NCBI GenBank assembly: GCA_963804645.1 | Contig: CAWDRG010000017.1 | Location: 448,001-512,000, forward strand | Length of the DNA: 64,000 nucleotides | DNA from: an uncultured Bacillota bacterium | Lineage (GTDB): Bacteria > Sysuimicrobiota > Sysuimicrobiia > Sysuimicrobiales > Segetimicrobiaceae | Direction: 5' to 3' | In this document: one piece after another, positions 18,745 to 30,578 of the stretch | Layout: every line of letters begins with the position of its first letter | How positions within the stretch are numbered: position 1 is the stretch's first letter | Notes under the pieces: model-generated | Database searches by the model: none | Told to the model about the DNA's origin: nothing | Seen by the model: only the letters and a program-made list of their open reading frames with translations | Position numbers and translations under genes: made by a program

Positions 18745-20236
18745 GCGGGGAGACTCCCGCCGGCCGTCGAGGCCAGCGGCGGCCGGCGCGCGTGGAACTC
18801 GGTCGCCTGCTCGAGCGCGTACGCGACGTCGAGCACCGTGGCCTCGTCGAACGCGCGGCCCGCGATCTGCAGGCCGACCGGGAGCCCGCCCGCGAATCCG
18901 CAGGGCACCGACACCCCGGGCAGGCCCGCGAGGTTTAGGGGGACCGTGAACACATCGGCCAGGTACATCTGCAGGGGGTCCTCGACGCGCTCGCCGAGGC
19001 GAAACGCCGGCGTCGGAGCCACCGGCCCTACGAGCACGTCCGCGGTCCCGAGCGCGGCCTCAAACTCGCGCCGGACGAGCGCGCGCACCCGCTGCGCCCG
19101 GACGTAGAACGCGTCGTAGTAGCCGGCGGAGAGCGCGTAGGTGCCGAGCATGATGCGCCGCTTGACCTCCGCGCCGAACCCCTCGCGGCGGGTCCGCGCG
19201 TACAGGGTCATCAGGTCGTCCGCGTGCGCGGTGCGGTGCCCGTACAGCACCCCGGCGTACCGGGCGAGGTTGCTGCTCGCCTCCGCGGGCGCGACGATGT
19301 AGTACGCTGGGAGCGCGTAGGACGCGTGCGGCAGCGAGACCTCGACGCGCGTGGCGCCCAGGCGCTCGAGCGTCCGGATCGCCTCCCGCACCGCGCTCGC
19401 CACCTCCGGATCGACGCCGTCCTCCAAGAACTCCCGGACCACCCCGAGGCGCAGCCCCCGGACGCGTCCCGCGAGCCGGTCCACGTAGGGCGGCACGTCC
19501 ATCTCCGCGGACGTAGAGTCGAGGGGATCCCGGCCGGCGACGACCTGCAGCAGCAGCGCGGCGTCGCGCACAGTCCGCGCAAACGGGCCGATCTGGTCGA
19601 GCGACGACGCGAACGCGATCAAGCCGTACCGGGAGACGCGCCCGTACGTCGGCTTGAGGCCGACCACTCCGCAGAAGGACGCGGGTTCGCGGATGCTCCC
19701 GCCGGTATCGCTGCCGAGCGCGAGCGTCGCCTCTCCCGCCGCCACCGCCGCCGCGGACCCGCCGCTGCTCCCCCCGGCACCCGGTCGAGGTCCCACGGAT
19801 TGCGGGTCGGGCCGAACGCGGAGTTCTCGGTGCTGCTGCCCATCGCGAACTCGTCGCAGTTGGTCTTGCCGAGCACGATGGCGCCCGCCTCGCGCAGCAG
19901 CCGCACGACCGTCGCGTCGTAGGGCGGGCGGAAGCCGTCGAGCATACGCGAGCCCGCGGTCGTCGGGATCCCGCGCGTGCACAGGTTGTCCTTGAGCGCC
20001 ACGGGGATGCCGGCGAGCACCGGCGCGCCGTCGCGCCCGGCGATCGGGTCCCAGCGCGCGGCCTCGCGGAGCGCGGCCTCGGCATCCAGGTGCAGGTAGG
20101 CGTGCACCCGGGGCTCCACGGCCGCGATCCGGTCGAGCACGGCGCGGACGGCATCCGTGGGCCGGGCCTCGCCGCGGCGGTAGCGGGCGCGGAGGTCCGA
20201 GGCGGACAGGTCGGCGAGCGAGGCCTCCGGCGCCAT
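18741..20236 (-). CDS. gatA: amidotransferase subunit A (one indel at ~19770-19775)
   Basis: [34 protein letters not shown]; split at a G6 run that needs G7. Confidence 0.95.
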
Positions 20237-20240
20237 GCGG

Positions 20241-20558
20241 CTACTCCGTCTCGATCACGGGCGGGACCACGAAATACCCGTCCTCGACCGCGGGCGCGTT
20301 CGCGAGCACATCCTCGCGCGCGAGCGACGGCACGACCTCGTCGTCGCGCAGGACGCCGGCCGCCGGGCCCGCGTGCGCGGCATCCGGCTCGGCGGACAGA
20401 TCCAGCGCGGCGACTCGCTGAAACGACTCGAGGATGCCGCCGAGCTGCACCCGGAACAGCGCGCGCTCGTCGTCGGTCAGCTCCAAGCGGCTGAGGCGCG
20501 CCACGCGTGCCACGGTCGCGTCATCGATCCCGGCTACGGGCGGCCGCTCGTCGGACAC
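20241..20558 (-). CDS. gatC: amidotransferase subunit C
   Basis: VARLSRLEL...LRDDEV...LANAP...GYFVVPPVI; upstream of gatA. Confidence 0.93.
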   Translation of the reverse strand: MSDERPPVAGIDDATVARVARLSRLELTDDERALFRVQLGGILESFQRVAALDLSAEPDAAHAGPAAGVLRDDEVVPSLAREDVLANAPAVEDGYFVVPPVIETE

Positions 20559-20709
20559 GCCAGTCCCTCCCGAAGTGATGATCCCTGGCCCGGCGACCGG
20601 TCACCCGGCCGTCTCCCCCAGGAGAACCCGTGGCCGGGGCCGCCCGGTGTCCGGACGGCCCCACGCCACGACGTCCGTGCGCCGCTCACGCCCGCGCCGG
20701 GCGCCCGGC

Positions 20710-22486
20710 CTACTGCTTGTAAATCGTGTAGTAGTACTGCCCCGGGAAGATCGGATTGTAGTACCATCCGTGCACCCACGACCGCATCGCGACGAACGTC
20801 GTGGGCTGCACCAGGAACAGGTACGGCAGATCGTTGTACGCGATCATCGAGATCTGCTTGTACAGCACCTTCCGCTTCGCGGGATCCGCGGTCCCGACCG
20901 CCTGCGCGATCAGCGCGTCGGCCTGGGGATTGCGGTAGCCGCCGCGCGCGGGGAAGTACCCGTCCGAGGCCAGGAACGGCTGTGCGAAGTCGTGCGGGTC
21001 CGGGTAGTCGGCGAACCACCCGAGAAACACCATCGGCACCTGGTGGGCGAACGTGATCTGGTTCAGCGCGGCCGACGGCAGCGGCCGGAAGCTGACCTGG
21101 AACTTGGGGTTGAGTGCCGCGAGGGTGTCACGCACGATCTCCACGCCGACCTGGCGTGCTGCGTTGCCGGCCGTGTACGGAATCGTGAACTTAAACCCGG
21201 TGTCCCAGAGCTTCCCGCCGAGCGCTTCCTTGAACTCCGCGGCCGCCTTCTCGGGATCATGGCTGTACGTCGGGACCGTCGGATCGTAGCCCAGCAGGCC
21301 CTGCACGATCGGCCCGTGTGCGAGGATCCCGTGGCCGGAATACGCGGAGCTCAGGTTCTGGCCGTAGTCGAACGCGTACGCGAACCCGCGCCGCACGTGG
21401 ATGTCGGCGAAGAAATCGGTGGGGATCCCCTGCCCGTCGAGCTTGCCGCTGCCGACGTCCGGGTTGCCGTTCGTGTTGATCTGATAGTTGAACACCACGA
21501 CCTGCACGGCGATCTGCGGCAGGCCGTCTTGGATCACGACGCCGGGCAGGCTCTTGAGCTGGGACTCCTGGTTCGGCGATGGCGAGGACCAGGTCGGCGT
21601 CCCCCTGCTGCAGCTGCAGGCTCCGGGTCGTAAACTCGGGGACCGACCGGTCGATGACGCGCTGAAGCGCGGCCGGCTTCCGCCAGTAGTGATCGTTCCG
21701 GACGAGGACCACTTGATTGTTCTGCTGGTCCCACTGATCCAGCATGAACGGTCCGGTGCCGTCCATGTGGGTCGTCTGGTAGCGGTCCCCGGTCTTCGGG
21801 TTGTTGTACTGCTGCCAGGTCCCGGCACCGCCGTCCCAGTCCCCGTGTGAGGCGGCCCACTTCCGCGGCATTACCACGCCCCACTGCGCGACGATCGACA
21901 GAAACGGCGCGAACGGCTGCTTGAGGCGGAAGACGACCGAGTCCCCGTCCGCGGACACCGCGCGGGCGACCTGGTCGAACGTCACCTGGATCTTCCCCTG
22001 GCTGTCCCGGGTGCTCCCGACGCCGAGCAGCGGGCTGAGCAGCAGCCACGCGGGGCCGCCGGACTGGTCCTGCAGCAGGAATCGCCGGAGCGAGTAGACG
22101 ACATCGTCGACCGTCATCACCGACCCGTCGTGGAACCGCACGCCCGTGCGGATCGGGAACCGGTAGGTGAGCCCGTCCTTGCTGATGAGGCCGTTTTGGA
22201 CCGTCGGCACCTGGGTGGCGAGCATCGGCGAGAACTGATCGATCGAGGAGCCGCTGTAGATGATCAGCGACTCGTACACGTTCGGCCAGATCACCTCGGC
22301 CGAGTAGATGTCATACCCGAGCGCGGGGTCGAGCGTCACCACGTTCCCGAACTGCAGCTCGACGAGCGTACCGGGGTTCTTGACGGGCTCGCCGGCGCCC
22401 CGGCCGGGGAGCGCGGCGAGCATCGCGACCAGCACCGCGGCGGTGACCGCCGCCGCGCCACGAACGGCCCACGAGGCGCTACGCAT
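20710..22486 (-). CDS. family 5 (Opp/Dpp-like) substrate-binding protein (indel at ~21580)
   Basis: TLDPALGYD, GTGPF, VRRGFAYAFDY, GWFADYPDP; two frames join near DADLVLA/PNQESQL. Confidence 0.88.
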
Positions 22487-23514
22487 CGTCTCCTCCTGTG
22501 CTGCGGGATTCGACTCGCCTCGAAGCTTCGGCCCGCGACGCCCGGAGCCCTGCGCACGGCCCTCAGCGGCTCGCCCTGCTGGTGCGGGTCGAAGATGTCG
22601 CGGAACGCGTCGCCGAGCAGGTTCCAGCCCAGGACGAACAGGAAGATCGCCGCCCCGGGCACGACGAGCGAGTACCAGAACTTGAAGGGGTCGCCGGCGG
22701 TGCCCAGGATCCAGTTGCGGGACAGACTGACGAGCTGGCCCCAGTCCGCGTATCCCGGGGGCGCCCCGAGCCCGAGAAACGACAGCGCCGCGAAGGTGAT
22801 CACCACCCCGCCCATGTCGAGGGAGGCGAGGATCAAAATCGGGTAGATCGTGTTCGGGATGACGTGGCGGCCGATGATCCGGAGGTCCCGGTCGCCGAGC
22901 GCCTGCGCCGCCTGCACGAATTCCATGTCCCGCACGCGCAGGAACTCCGCCCGCAGGAGGCGCGTGTACGTCGGCCACTGCACCGCGGCGATCGCGATCA
23001 CGGCGTTGCGCACGCTCTGGCCGAGCACCGCCACGATCACGACCGCGAGGATCAGGCCGGGGAACGCGAGGAAGATGTCGGTCACCCGCATCACCGCTTC
23101 GTCGAGCCATCCCCCGTAGTAGCCGCTCACGCTGCCGAGCACGAGCGCGATGCCCACGCCGATCGCACCCACCGTGAGCGCCACCAGAAACGCGGTGCGC
23201 GCGCCCCAGATCACCCCGTAGAACAAGTCGAACTGCCCCTCCGTCGTGCCGAACGGGTGGCCGGGCCCCGGGGGGCGCGGGTCGCTCGCGTAGCCGTCGT
23301 GGGGAATCATGTACGCGTCGCGCTCGGTGGGGTGGGCGAGGTACGGGGCCGCGAGCGCAATCAGCACGAAGAACGCGACGATCGCGAGGCCGAGCACCGA
23401 CAGCGGGCTGCGGCGAAAGCGCCGCAGGGTCCGGTGCCACCCCGACTCGGCGGGCTTGGCCGGCACCGTGGCGGGCGCGCCGAGCGCCTGCGGCCGGGCG
23501 CGGACGGCGGTCAT
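22336..23514 (-). CDS. Opp/Dpp ABC permease C (true stop probably TGA at ~22563)
   Basis: HPFGT, FVQAAQALG, ALSFLGLG, NLLGDAFRDIFDP; the read-through tail overlaps the next gene. Confidence 0.88.
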   Translation of the reverse strand: MTAVRARPQALGAPATVPAKPAESGWHRTLRRFRRSPLSVLGLAIVAFFVLIALAAPYLAHPTERDAYMIPHDGYASDPRPPGPGHPFGTTEGQFDLFYGVIWGARTAFLVALTVGAIGVGIALVLGSVSGYYGGWLDEAVMRVTDIFLAFPGLILAVVIVAVLGQSVRNAVIAIAAVQWPTYTRLLRAEFLRVRDMEFVQAAQALGDRDLRIIGRHVIPNTIYPILILASLDMGGVVITFAALSFLGLGAPPGYADWGQLVSLSRNWILGTAGDPFKFWYSLVVPGAAIFLFVLGWNLLGDAFRDIFDPHQQGEPLRAVRRAPGVAGRSFEASRIPQHRRRRCVAPRGPFVARRRSPPRCWSRCSPRSPAGAPASPSRTPVRSSSCSSGTW

Positions 23515-24536
23515 TTGAGCCGGATCCTCGGGTCGACGATGGCGTACAGCACGTCGGCGCACAGGTTCGCGAGCACGAGCATCGCAGCGAAGACGAGCGC
23601 GAACCCGGTGACGGCCGGGATATCGAGCTGCTGGCTTGCCGCCGCGCCCCAGCGGCCGATGCCCGGCCAGTTGAACACGGTCTCGGTGATGACGACCCCG
23701 GAGAGCAGCCCGACGAACAACAGGCTCGCGAGCGTGATCACCGGGATCAGCGCGTTCCGGCGCGCGTGCTTATCCACGACGACCGTGTTTGACAGGCCTT
23801 TTGCATGCGCCGTCCGCACATAGTCGGTCCCCAGCGTCTCCAGCATCGACGACCGCGTGATCCGGACGAGCACCGCGGTCAAGAAGTACGTCAGCGTCGC
23901 GACCGGCAGCACGAGGTGGCGCAGCGCGTCCCAAAAAATCCACCACCGGCCGTTCAGCAGGCTGTCGACGGTCATGAGGCCGGTGTACGCGTGAAACCCC
24001 GGGCCCCGCACGTACAGATCCGCGTCGAGGCCGAGGCGCCCGGGCGGAAACCACCCGAAATGGCCGTAGAAAATCATCAGCAGCAGGAGGCCGCCCACGA
24101 ACGTCGGCATCGACGCGCCGCCGATTGCGGCGAGGCGGCTGACATGGTCAACCACCTGGTCCTTCCGGACCGCGGAGAGCGTGCCGAGCCAGATCCCGAG
24201 CACGAGAATGCACGCGAACGCGTACAGCGCGAGTTCGAGCGTCGCCGGGAAGAAGCCGCGGATCGCGTCGACGACGGGCTCGCGGGCGGTCTGCGACCAG
24301 CCGAGGTCGCCGTGCGAGACCTGCTTCACCCACTCCCAGTACTGCACGTAGACGGGCTGGTCGAGATGGTACTTCCGGATGATGTCCGGGAGGGCGTCGA
24401 GCTGCTTCGGGTCCGTGATGTAGAGGCTGGCGCGCATCGTCGGCGTCAGCAGCTGGATGAGCGCAAAGATCAGCAGCGTCACCCCGATCGCCACGAACGG
24501 GAGCAGCGCCAGCCGTCGGACGATGAACGTGCTCAT
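23511..24536 (-). CDS. Opp/Dpp ABC permease B
   Basis: FFPATLELA, DYVRTAHAKGL, ETVFNWPGIG, DPRIR. Confidence 0.93.
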   Translation of the reverse strand: MSTFIVRRLALLPFVAIGVTLLIFALIQLLTPTMRASLYITDPKQLDALPDIIRKYHLDQPVYVQYWEWVKQVSHGDLGWSQTAREPVVDAIRGFFPATLELALYAFACILVLGIWLGTLSAVRKDQVVDHVSRLAAIGGASMPTFVGGLLLLMIFYGHFGWFPPGRLGLDADLYVRGPGFHAYTGLMTVDSLLNGRWWIFWDALRHLVLPVATLTYFLTAVLVRITRSSMLETLGTDYVRTAHAKGLSNTVVVDKHARRNALIPVITLASLLFVGLLSGVVITETVFNWPGIGRWGAAASQQLDIPAVTGFALVFAAMLVLANLCADVLYAIVDPRIRLK

Positions 24537-24585
24537 GGGAGCCGGTGGCCGGACCGCCCCGAGGCGGCCCGGCCGGACGTCCTCC

Positions 24586-26370
24586 CTACTGCTTCGACAT
24601 GGTGTAGAAGTCGAACCCGACGTTCGCCAACGACGGCAGGATCGCGTTGTAGTACCAGCCGCGCACCCAGGTGCGCATCACGACGAACTGCGTCGCCTGC
24701 GCGGCGTAGATGCCCGGCACGTCGTCGTAGACCAGCTTCGTCAACTGGCGGTAGATCGCCGCCCGCTTCGCGGGGTCCTGGGTCACGGCCCCCTGCTGCA
24801 CCAGCTGGTCCGCCTGCGGATCGGAGAACCCGTTCCGCTTCGGATAGTTCCCGTTGGACGCCATGAACGGCTGCGCGAAGTCGTCGGGGTCCGGATAGTC
24901 GGCCGCCCACCCGAGCGCGTACAGCGTCCCTTTGTGCTGGTTGGTCAGCTCGAGAAACGTCGACCACTGCAGGTTCCGGATGTCGATCCGAAACTTCGGG
25001 TTGAGCGACTCGACGACGTCCTTGACGATCTCCGCGCCGATCTGCCGTGCCGCGTTGCCGGTGTTGAAGGTTTCGGTGAAGTGGAACCCGGCGTCCCACA
25101 GCTTCCCGCCCCACGCCTCCTTGAACTCCGCGGCGGCCTTCTGCCGGTCGAACGTGTACTTCGGCGCCGCGGCGTCGTAGCCGAGCAGCCCCTGAATGAT
25201 CGGCCCACTCGGCTGGATCGCCTTGCCGTGGTAGGCGTCCTGGATGAACGTGTTGTAGTCGAACGCGTACGCGAACGCCCGCCGGACGTGCACGTCCGAG
25301 AAGAAGTCCGGCGGGATCCCGTTGCCGTCGAGCTTGCCGCTGCCGACGTCCGGATTCGCCGCGGCGTCGATCTTCTGGTTGAAGTGCAGGACCTGGACGA
25401 CGAGCGATGGGAACCCGTCCTGTACCGAGACCCCGTCCATGCCGGTGATCTGGCTCTGGTCGGGCCGGTCGACCGCGATGATGTCCGCGTCGCCGCGCTG
25501 GAGCTCCAGCTTCCGCGCCGCGAACTCCGACACGGTGCGGATGACGACGCGGTTGAGGCGCGCCGGGGCGCGCCAGTACCGGTCGTTGCGCGTCAGGATG
25601 ACCTCCTTACCCTGCCGGTCCCACTGGGTCAGCTGAAACGGCCCGGTGCCGTCCGTGTGGTCGAACTCATACCGGTCCTGGAGCTTGGGGTTGTTGTACC
25701 GCGCCCAGCTCGCCGCGGTCCCGTCCCAGTCGCCGTGCGCGGCGGCCCAGTGCTGGGGCAGGACGAACGACCACGCGGCGAGGATGCTGAGAAACGCGGC
25801 GTAGGGATGCTTGAGGTGGAACACGACGTTCTGACCCTGCACCGTCACCGCCCGGGCCGCGTCGGCGTAGGTCACGGCCAGGGTGCCCCGCTCCCTCGTG
25901 CTGTCGACCCCGAGCAGGGGGGTCAGCAGGAGCCAGGCCGGACCGCCGTCGGGGTCCTGCAGCATGAACCGCAGCATCGAGTAGCGGACGTCGGCGGGGG
26001 TCATCATCGAGCCGTCGTGAAAGCGCACGCCCTGGCGGATCGGGAACGTATAGGTCAGTCCGTCCTTGCTGATCAGGCCGTTGGAGGCACTCGGGACCGT
26101 GGTGGCCAGCCGCGGCACGTACCGGGACAGCACACTGCCGTCGTAGGTGATCAGCGTCTCGTAGATCCCTGGCCACAAGATGCCGTCGCTGGTCGTATCG
26201 TACGCGTAGGCGGGGTCGAGCGTCTGCGGGTCGCCGTACGTGAGGAGCACCATCGTATCGGGGTTGCTGACCGGTACCGCGGCTCCCCGGGCGCCGGATC
26301 CGAGCGTCACCACCGACAACACGACCACCATCGCGACAGCACACGCGCGCAGCATCACAACCGTCACCAC
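24586..26370 (-). CDS. family 5 substrate-binding protein
   Basis: TLDPAYAYD, GTGPF, GWAADYPDP; paralog of 20710-22486. Confidence 0.92.
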   Translation of the reverse strand: MVTVVMLRACAVAMVVVLSVVTLGSGARGAAVPVSNPDTMVLLTYGDPQTLDPAYAYDTTSDGILWPGIYETLITYDGSVLSRYVPRLATTVPSASNGLISKDGLTYTFPIRQGVRFHDGSMMTPADVRYSMLRFMLQDPDGGPAWLLLTPLLGVDSTRERGTLAVTYADAARAVTVQGQNVVFHLKHPYAAFLSILAAWSFVLPQHWAAAHGDWDGTAASWARYNNPKLQDRYEFDHTDGTGPFQLTQWDRQGKEVILTRNDRYWRAPARLNRVVIRTVSEFAARKLELQRGDADIIAVDRPDQSQITGMDGVSVQDGFPSLVVQVLHFNQKIDAAANPDVGSGKLDGNGIPPDFFSDVHVRRAFAYAFDYNTFIQDAYHGKAIQPSGPIIQGLLGYDAAAPKYTFDRQKAAAEFKEAWGGKLWDAGFHFTETFNTGNAARQIGAEIVKDVVESLNPKFRIDIRNLQWSTFLELTNQHKGTLYALGWAADYPDPDDFAQPFMASNGNYPKRNGFSDPQADQLVQQGAVTQDPAKRAAIYRQLTKLVYDDVPGIYAAQATQFVVMRTWVRGWYYNAILPSLANVGFDFYTMSKQ

Positions 26371-26522
26371 CCCTCACTCGATACGGGCGGCCGGACGTGC
26401 CGTCAAAAACAGCGGGCGCCGCCATCGGCGGTCGCCCAAACGCCCCCCACCCTAGGTTCGATGTCTAGTACGTCGATCTGGTGCGGTCGGTTCCCCAACC
26501 CGGCTGCAGAGGCGCGCGATCG

Positions 26523-27569
26523 CTACGAGGTCGCCGGGGCGCTCGCCGGCTCGCGGTACACGGCGGCCCGGCTGCGCTGCGTCTTGAACGGCCGCACGGG
26601 GCACGCGACCCAGTGGCCGTTGCCGATATCGACAAACTCCGGCTCGTCGATCCGGCAGCTCGGCTGCGCGTACAGGCACCGGGTGTGGAACCGGCACCCC
26701 GACGGCGGGTTCACCGGGCTGGGGACGTCGCCCGGGAGAATGATGCGTTCGCGCCGCATCTCCGGGTTCGGGATCGGCACGGCCGACAGCAGCGCCTCCG
26801 TGTACGGATGCTGGGGGTTCGCGAACAGCTCGTCGGCGTCCGCGAGCTCGACGATCTTGCCGAGGTACATGACGGCGATGCGGTCGCTGATGTGCTTCAC
26901 GACCGACAGATCGTGCGCGATGAACAGGTACGTGAGCCCGAACTCCTTCTGCAGCTCCTGCAGCAGGTTCAGCACCTGCGCCTGGATGCTGACGTCGAGC
27001 GCCGAGACGGGCTCGTCCGCAATGATCAGCTTGGGGTTCACCGCAAGCGCGCGAGCGATGCCGATGCGCTGGCGCTGCCCGCCGCTGAACTCGTGAGGAT
27101 AGCGGTTCGCGTGATACGGTGAGAGGCCGACAACCTCGAGCAGCTCCTGCACGCGCCGCACCTTCTCCTTGCCCCGCGCCAGGTTGTGGATCTCGAGCGG
27201 CTCCCCGATGATGTCGCCGACGGTCATCCGGGGGTTCAGCGACGAATACGGGTCCTGGAAGATGATCTGCATGTCGCGGCGAAGCCGCCGCAACTCTTCC
27301 TTCCCGAGCTTGAAGATATCGCGGCCTTCGAACAGCGCCTCACCGCCGGTCGCCTCCTGGAGCCGGAGGATCACCCGGCCGGTCGTCGTCTTGCCGCATC
27401 CGGACTCGCCCACGAGGCCGAGGGTCTCGCCCCTCCGGATATGGAAGGTGAGCCCGTCCACCGCGTGGACCGCGCCGACCTGCTTTTGGAAGATGAACCC
27501 CTTGGTCACCGGGTAGAGTTTCTGGAGATTCCGCACGTCCAGGAGTATCTCGCCGTTGGTAGTTCCCAT
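26523..27569 (-). CDS. oligopeptide/dipeptide ABC ATP-binding protein (OppF-like)
   Basis: [33 protein letters not shown]. Confidence 0.95.
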   Translation of the reverse strand: MGTTNGEILLDVRNLQKLYPVTKGFIFQKQVGAVHAVDGLTFHIRRGETLGLVGESGCGKTTTGRVILRLQEATGGEALFEGRDIFKLGKEELRRLRRDMQIIFQDPYSSLNPRMTVGDIIGEPLEIHNLARGKEKVRRVQELLEVVGLSPYHANRYPHEFSGGQRQRIGIARALAVNPKLIIADEPVSALDVSIQAQVLNLLQELQKEFGLTYLFIAHDLSVVKHISDRIAVMYLGKIVELADADELFANPQHPYTEALLSAVPIPNPEMRRERIILPGDVPSPVNPPSGCRFHTRCLYAQPSCRIDEPEFVDIGNGHWVACPVRPFKTQRSRAAVYREPASAPATS

Positions 27570-27599
27570 GTCCCCTCCCAGATGCTCAGCCTGTCGGAC

Positions 27600-28643
27600 C
27601 TACATGCCTTTGGTGCGGGCAACCGCCGCCAACCCGGCCGTTGCCGCCGCCTGCTTTTCTTTTTCCGTCGCCTTATCGGTGTAAAGGTAGCACCGGGCCG
27701 AGTGCCCGGGCTCGACCTCCACAATCGGCGGGTCGGCCTGCGCGCAGACCTCCATCGCGAACGGACAACGCGGCGTGAACGCGCACCCGGGCGGGAGATC
27801 GACCAGGCTGGGCGGCTGCCCCTCGATCGGGATCAGGCGCTCGCTGCGCTCGTACATCTTCGGCACCGAGTGCAGGAGGCCCCACGTATAGGGGTGCCTC
27901 GGGTCGGCGAACGTGCGTTTGATGTCGGTCTCTTCAATCGGCCGGCCGGCGTACATGACAACGACGTTGTCGCACAGCTCCGCGACGACGCCGAGGTTGT
28001 GCGTGATCATGACGATCGCGGTCCCGAACTCCCGCTGCAACTCGCGCATCAGTTCGAGGATCTGCGCCTGGATCGTCACGTCGAGCGCGGTCGTGGGCTC
28101 GTCCGCGAGCAGTACCGACGGGTTGCAGCTGAGGGCCATCGCGATCATCACGCGCTGCCTCATGCCGCCCGAGAACTGGTGGGGATAGTCCTTGACGCGC
28201 TGCCGGGCGGCCGGCATCTTGACGCGCTCGAGCATCTCGATCGCGCGCTCCCACGCCGCCTTCTTATCCAGCCGCTGGTGGAGAATGACCGCCTCGGCGA
28301 TCTGCTCGCCGATCGTCAGCACGGGATTGAGGGAGGTCATGGGTTCCTGGAAGATCATCGCGATGCGGTTGCCACGGATTTTCCGCATCTCCTCGTCCGA
28401 GAGCTTCAAGAGGTCGCGGCCCTCGAACATGATCTGCCCGTCCACGATCTTCCCGGGAGGCGTCGCAATCAGCCGCATGACCGACAGCGCATGCACGCTC
28501 TTGCCGCTGCCGGACTCGCCGACGATCCCGAGCGTCTCGCCCTTGTTGAGCTCATAGGTCATCCCGTCAACGGCCTTGACGACGCCCTCGTCGGTGTAGA
28601 AGTACGTCTTCAGGTTCCGGACGGACAGCAACGGCTCGGCCAC
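27600..28643 (-). CDS. oligopeptide/dipeptide ABC ATP-binding protein (OppD-like)
   Basis: [34 protein letters not shown]. Confidence 0.95.
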   Translation of the reverse strand: MAEPLLSVRNLKTYFYTDEGVVKAVDGMTYELNKGETLGIVGESGSGKSVHALSVMRLIATPPGKIVDGQIMFEGRDLLKLSDEEMRKIRGNRIAMIFQEPMTSLNPVLTIGEQIAEAVILHQRLDKKAAWERAIEMLERVKMPAARQRVKDYPHQFSGGMRQRVMIAMALSCNPSVLLADEPTTALDVTIQAQILELMRELQREFGTAIVMITHNLGVVAELCDNVVVMYAGRPIEETDIKRTFADPRHPYTWGLLHSVPKMYERSERLIPIEGQPPSLVDLPPGCAFTPRCPFAMEVCAQADPPIVEVEPGHSARCYLYTDKATEKEKQAAATAGLAAVARTKGM

Positions 28644-28710
28644 GCGGACCCTCCTCCCGTGACGAGCGGCCTCCGGGTTCCTCCGGTGGTCCGCCGTTCA
28701 CTCCCCTCGC

Positions 28711-28737
28711 ATTCCACAGGGTGTTCGCAAATCCTTT
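28711..28737 (-). promoter_or_regulatory. sigmaH-like promoter upstream of the oppD-like gene
   Basis: AAAGGATTT-11 nt-GTGGAAT matches the Bacillus SigH consensus RNAGGAWWW-N11/12-RNNGAAT. Confidence 0.55.
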
Positions 28738-28830
28738 CCGTGGTGCGTCCACGCCGGTGCGCGATCCCTCGAACATTCGGTGGCCGCCCGTCGATTCCCG
28801 CCGCGCGGGCCCAATTTCTTGCCGGGGAGG

Positions 28831-28869
28831 AGCCCGGGGCGGCCGCCATCCCCCGGCCGCCCCCGGGCT
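28831..28869 (-). terminator. strong hairpin after the hypothetical gene
   Basis: AGCCCGGGGCGGCCG...CGGCCGCCCCCGGGCT inverted repeat. Confidence 0.55.
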
Positions 28870-29423
28870 AGGGCAGGCCCTTGGCGTACTGCACCGCGTA
28901 GTCGTTGTAGGCCTGGCTCGGGCCGCCGCTCACGGTCGCCAGCTCCTGGCGGCCGTGATAAAGCACCGCGACCACCTCCGAGGCCTCCGGACTGTTGTGG
29001 AGGGCCAGTTGGACGATCAGCCGGCCCTCCGTGGCGAGGTACTGCCGGTTGTACGCGGCGCTGTGTTTCGGGTCGTAGTACTTTGACTGGAACCGCGCCG
29101 TGATGGTCCCCGACGCGGGGTCGTAGCGGACATCAGGCCGGCTGTCGTCTCCGGAGATGGTCAGCACCGCCCCCCGGGCCCGCAGCGCGGGGCTCAGCTG
29201 GGCGCCCTCCGGGACGTTCGGCGTGACGACCCCCTGCTTGCACGCCGTTGATCTGTCGAAACAGCAGCACCGCACCGGCCGCCACCACCACGGCCACCAC
29301 GGCGGCCACGATCCAGCGGGTGCGTGCGCGCTTTGACCGCGCCGCGGCGGCGGCGAGCCCCGCCCGCGACCGGCGGCCGCCGGGGCTCGAACTGTCGTTC
29401 CGTGCCGTCCGGTTCTTGGCCAT
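28868..29423 (-). CDS. hypothetical membrane-anchored protein (indel at G run ~29232)
   Basis: MAKNRTAR...WIVAAVVAVVVAAGAVLLF TM joins GVVTPNVPEG...YAKGLP in the adjacent frame. Confidence 0.7.
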
Positions 29424-29425
29424 GG

Positions 29426-30557
29426 CTACGTTGACCTCTGGCGGGGGTCCAGTGCGTCTCGGACCCCGTCGCCCAGGAAGATTGAAGGCCAGCACTGCGA
29501 GTACGATCATCCCCCCCGGTATCAGCAGCCACGGAAACTGTGTCAGCGCCTCGATGCTCTGCGCCTGCGCGAGCAGCAGTCCCCAACTGGTGCTGGGTTC
29601 CTGCACGCCGAGCCCGAGGAACGACAGGCCGCTCTCTCCCAGAATCACCCCGGGAATCGTCAGCGAGGCGGCTACGATCACATACGACATGGTAGTGGGC
29701 AACACATGCCGCACGATCACACTGAGGTCTCTGGCCCCGACGGCCCTGGCGGCGAGCACGAACTCCACCTCCCTGACCCCGAGCACGATCCCCCGGATGA
29801 CCCTCGCCAGCCCGCCCCACCCGATCAGGCTGAACACCGCCGAAATCATGAACAGCCTTGCCCCGCTTGACAGCGTGGGCGGCAGCACCGAGGCGAGCGT
29901 GAGGAGCAGGTAGAACGACGGAAATGCGGCGAGTACCTCGACGCTCCGCATGATGACATTGTCGGTCCACCCGCCGTAGTACCCGGCGACCCCCCCGAGC
30001 AGCATGCCGATCGGGATGGTGATCACCACCACGATCACCCCGATCAGCAGTGAGATCACGCTGCCGTACAGCGTGCGGGACAGCAGGTCGCGCCCGAATT
30101 GGTCGGTCCCGAGCAGAAACAAGCGCGCGGGCGAATCCACCCCGAGGAGATGTACGTCGCTCGGGATCAACCAGAGCAGCCGGTACGGAGCACCCCGCAC
30201 GAAGAAGCGGATGTCGTACGTCCGGCTCGTGTCCATGGCGTACTGCGGGACGGACAGGTCAACGACCTTGTAGGCGTAGACGAACGGCCGCAGATGGAAG
30301 CGGCCGTGAGCGTCGAAGAAGTGCACCCCAACCGGCTGCGCGTAGAACAGCGTGCGGTCGGAGTAGTCGAGCGCGTACGGCGCCAGGAACGGTGCGAGCA
30401 GCATCGCCGCGTAGAGACACACGAGCACGACGCCGCCCGCGACCGCGAGCCGGTAGCGCAGCAGCTGACGCCAGGCCAGCTGCAACGGGGTCCGCGCCGG
30501 GAGCGCCTCGCGGTCCCGCGCCGCCGCGCGCTGCGGGACCGCCGCGTCGTGGCTCAC
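29426..30557 (-). CDS. Opp/Dpp ABC permease C (extra base at ~29480)
   Basis: LGTDQFGRD, ESGLSFLGLG; corrected end AFNFLGDGVRDALDPRQRST*. Confidence 0.9.
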
Positions 30558-30578
30558 CGTCCCACCGCGCCCGCGCCG

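Noticed and set aside
18741..20236. gatA (and pcrA, guaB, lptF/G) as true pseudogenes or programmed frameshifts
   Set aside because: Single indels with intact motifs, scattered throughout the window, are better explained by sequencing error.
20559..20709. T-box riboswitch upstream of gatCAB
   Set aside because: No GGTGGNACC T-box or AGNGA-type stem I motif seen.
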